The translations under genes and the position numbers were made by a program. From Rhizaria sp. SCN 62-66 (lineage: Eukaryota), in assembly GCA_001724265.1 (NCBI GenBank), contig MEDY01000327.1:1-34617 (forward strand): a stretch of 34,617 nt of DNA, read 5' to 3'. Of this stretch, positions 33,451-34,617 are shown in pieces (position 1 is the stretch's first letter; each line of letters begins with the position of its first letter). The notes beneath the pieces were generated by a model. It was not told the origin of the DNA and made no database searches. It worked only from the letters and a program-made list of their open reading frames with translations.

Positions 33451-34354
33451 TCTTCTGTAAATTGCACGCACGCTTTTAATAGCTTTAATGTGTGGTTTTG
33501 TGTTTTTGAGGCTGCCTCATGTCACCCTCTTGAGCTGAAATGATTTCGATCCTTCTTGAATTCATATTCAAGTTTATTTGTTTCAATACATTTTTAATTA
33601 TGAACCACGGCTGTCACACTGAAACTATTCATATATGCTGCTCAAACACAAACCTTGAGCGGTTATTTCGCTGATATTAATAAGCTTACTGTCCAGATGC
33701 CGTCAGATGAGAATTTGCCGAAATCGGCTCCGGAGGCACTTATTTCGGACGTATTTCTTTCCTATAGAAGTCGTTTTAAACCGCTAAAATTGTATTTTAA
33801 AGCGGAGTTAGCCCTATATAGTGTTGTTTTGTTATTATTTGCGCGCAGTTTGAATTTGATGGGCGTAGCTAGGTCTAAAAAAGCGTCAAAATTCGAATTG
33901 TTGGCGTGTTATAAAATTTTATTGCCTATATAGGCCTTTGTTAAAAAATACAACATATGTTTATAAATACAAAGAGATCACACACTTAAATATACCCCTG
34001 TTTTTTCGAAACACTTTCATTGTAAAAATCTGCAATGTGCCAAAGTGGGGCTGCTCCTGGAATTTCGATTGAAGTCACCTTCGAAGCCCCTCCAATGCCG
34101 TTTTATGTGTTGTCAAAGACACTATGAATCAAAGTTATTTTAAACAAAACTAAGTATTTAATCGTCTAAACTACTGTTGTGCTAAGTGATAGTGCTTAGT
34201 TTTGAATAACTCATGATCTAACCCACTTTAGTAGCGAATGCGTCGAAAAACATCGTTTCTGTGGCCGCTTTCTTCTCGCTTTTGTCCTTATACCCGGAAT
34301 TAGTTTGAGAATAAAACAACATATTAACAGAATACTGCGCTTAAAAACACGCAT

Positions 34355-34617
34355 TTACAGCTGGTCTTGGGTCAAGCCAAGCATCATCCTGAACCCGTCG
34401 ATGACGGAATGCGCTCGGGTCAGTGACAGACCGTACAGGGTCGCACGCACTCGCAGCATGATACTGTCCGCAGTAGATCCACCGGCTGCGGCTGCTTTCT
34501 CTTTCTTAATTTTCGCCGCCAGCTCACGCGTGTACATCTGGTAGAATTTCCGGAGTGCGTCACGATATAGCCTGAAGATCGTGATGTCCAGTGGCTGCAG
34601 CACCTTGGTCGCCTTGA
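34355..34617 (-). mobile_element. C-terminal fragment of a pogo/Tigger-like (Tc1-mariner superfamily, DDE_1) transposase, continuing beyond the window
   Basis: The minus frame reads KATKVLQPLDITIFRLYRDALRKFY, matching the T-x-x-LQPLD-x-x-IF motif around the third catalytic Asp of pogo-family transposases. Codon usage is less GC-skewed than in host genes. Confidence 0.7.

Noticed and set aside
635-33471. Many long antisense or alternative-frame ORFs (e.g. 635..1888 -, 2354..3469 +, 16919..18283 +, 23578..25269 -, 32344..33471 -)
   Set aside because: These are shadows of GC-rich, codon-biased real genes. They have no recognisable motifs and their products are Arg/Pro-rich or Val/Leu mirror translations.
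33655-33933. 92-aa ORF and small hairpins (e.g. CCGCTAAAAT...ATTTTAAAGCGG) downstream of the large orphan gene
   Set aside because: Non-ATG start, AT-rich and no motif; the short stems are expected by chance.

Overview
Eukaryotic, probably protist, nuclear DNA. Coding exons are very GC-rich and full of Ala/Gly/Ser/Gln/Asn low-complexity tracts. They are separated by AT-rich intergenic DNA and short GT-AG introns (126-286 nt; 7 of the 8 donors I could place read GTACG). About 12 genes are supportable: a partial Ala-rich coiled-coil protein (frame broken at an assembly N), GET4, a small secreted 6-Cys protein, EMC8/9, a fidgetin-like AAA ATPase, PNKP, a 2205-aa TBC1D5-like RabGAP with a C-terminal PH domain, SNRNP27, a 949-aa secreted Gly/Pro/Ala-rich protein, a Cys-rich membrane or secreted protein, a large low-complexity protein, and the 3' end of a pogo-like DDE transposase. 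Two signals stand out. (1) A single in-frame TAG at 32668-32670 is followed by 259 more coding-like codons, while every other gene in the window ends in TGA or TAA. This suggests UAG readthrough or UAG sense reassignment. (2) A near-perfect 58-bp hairpin (pre-miRNA- or MITE-like) sits inside the EMC8/9 intron. All family assignments come from motif recognition by eye, not database searches.
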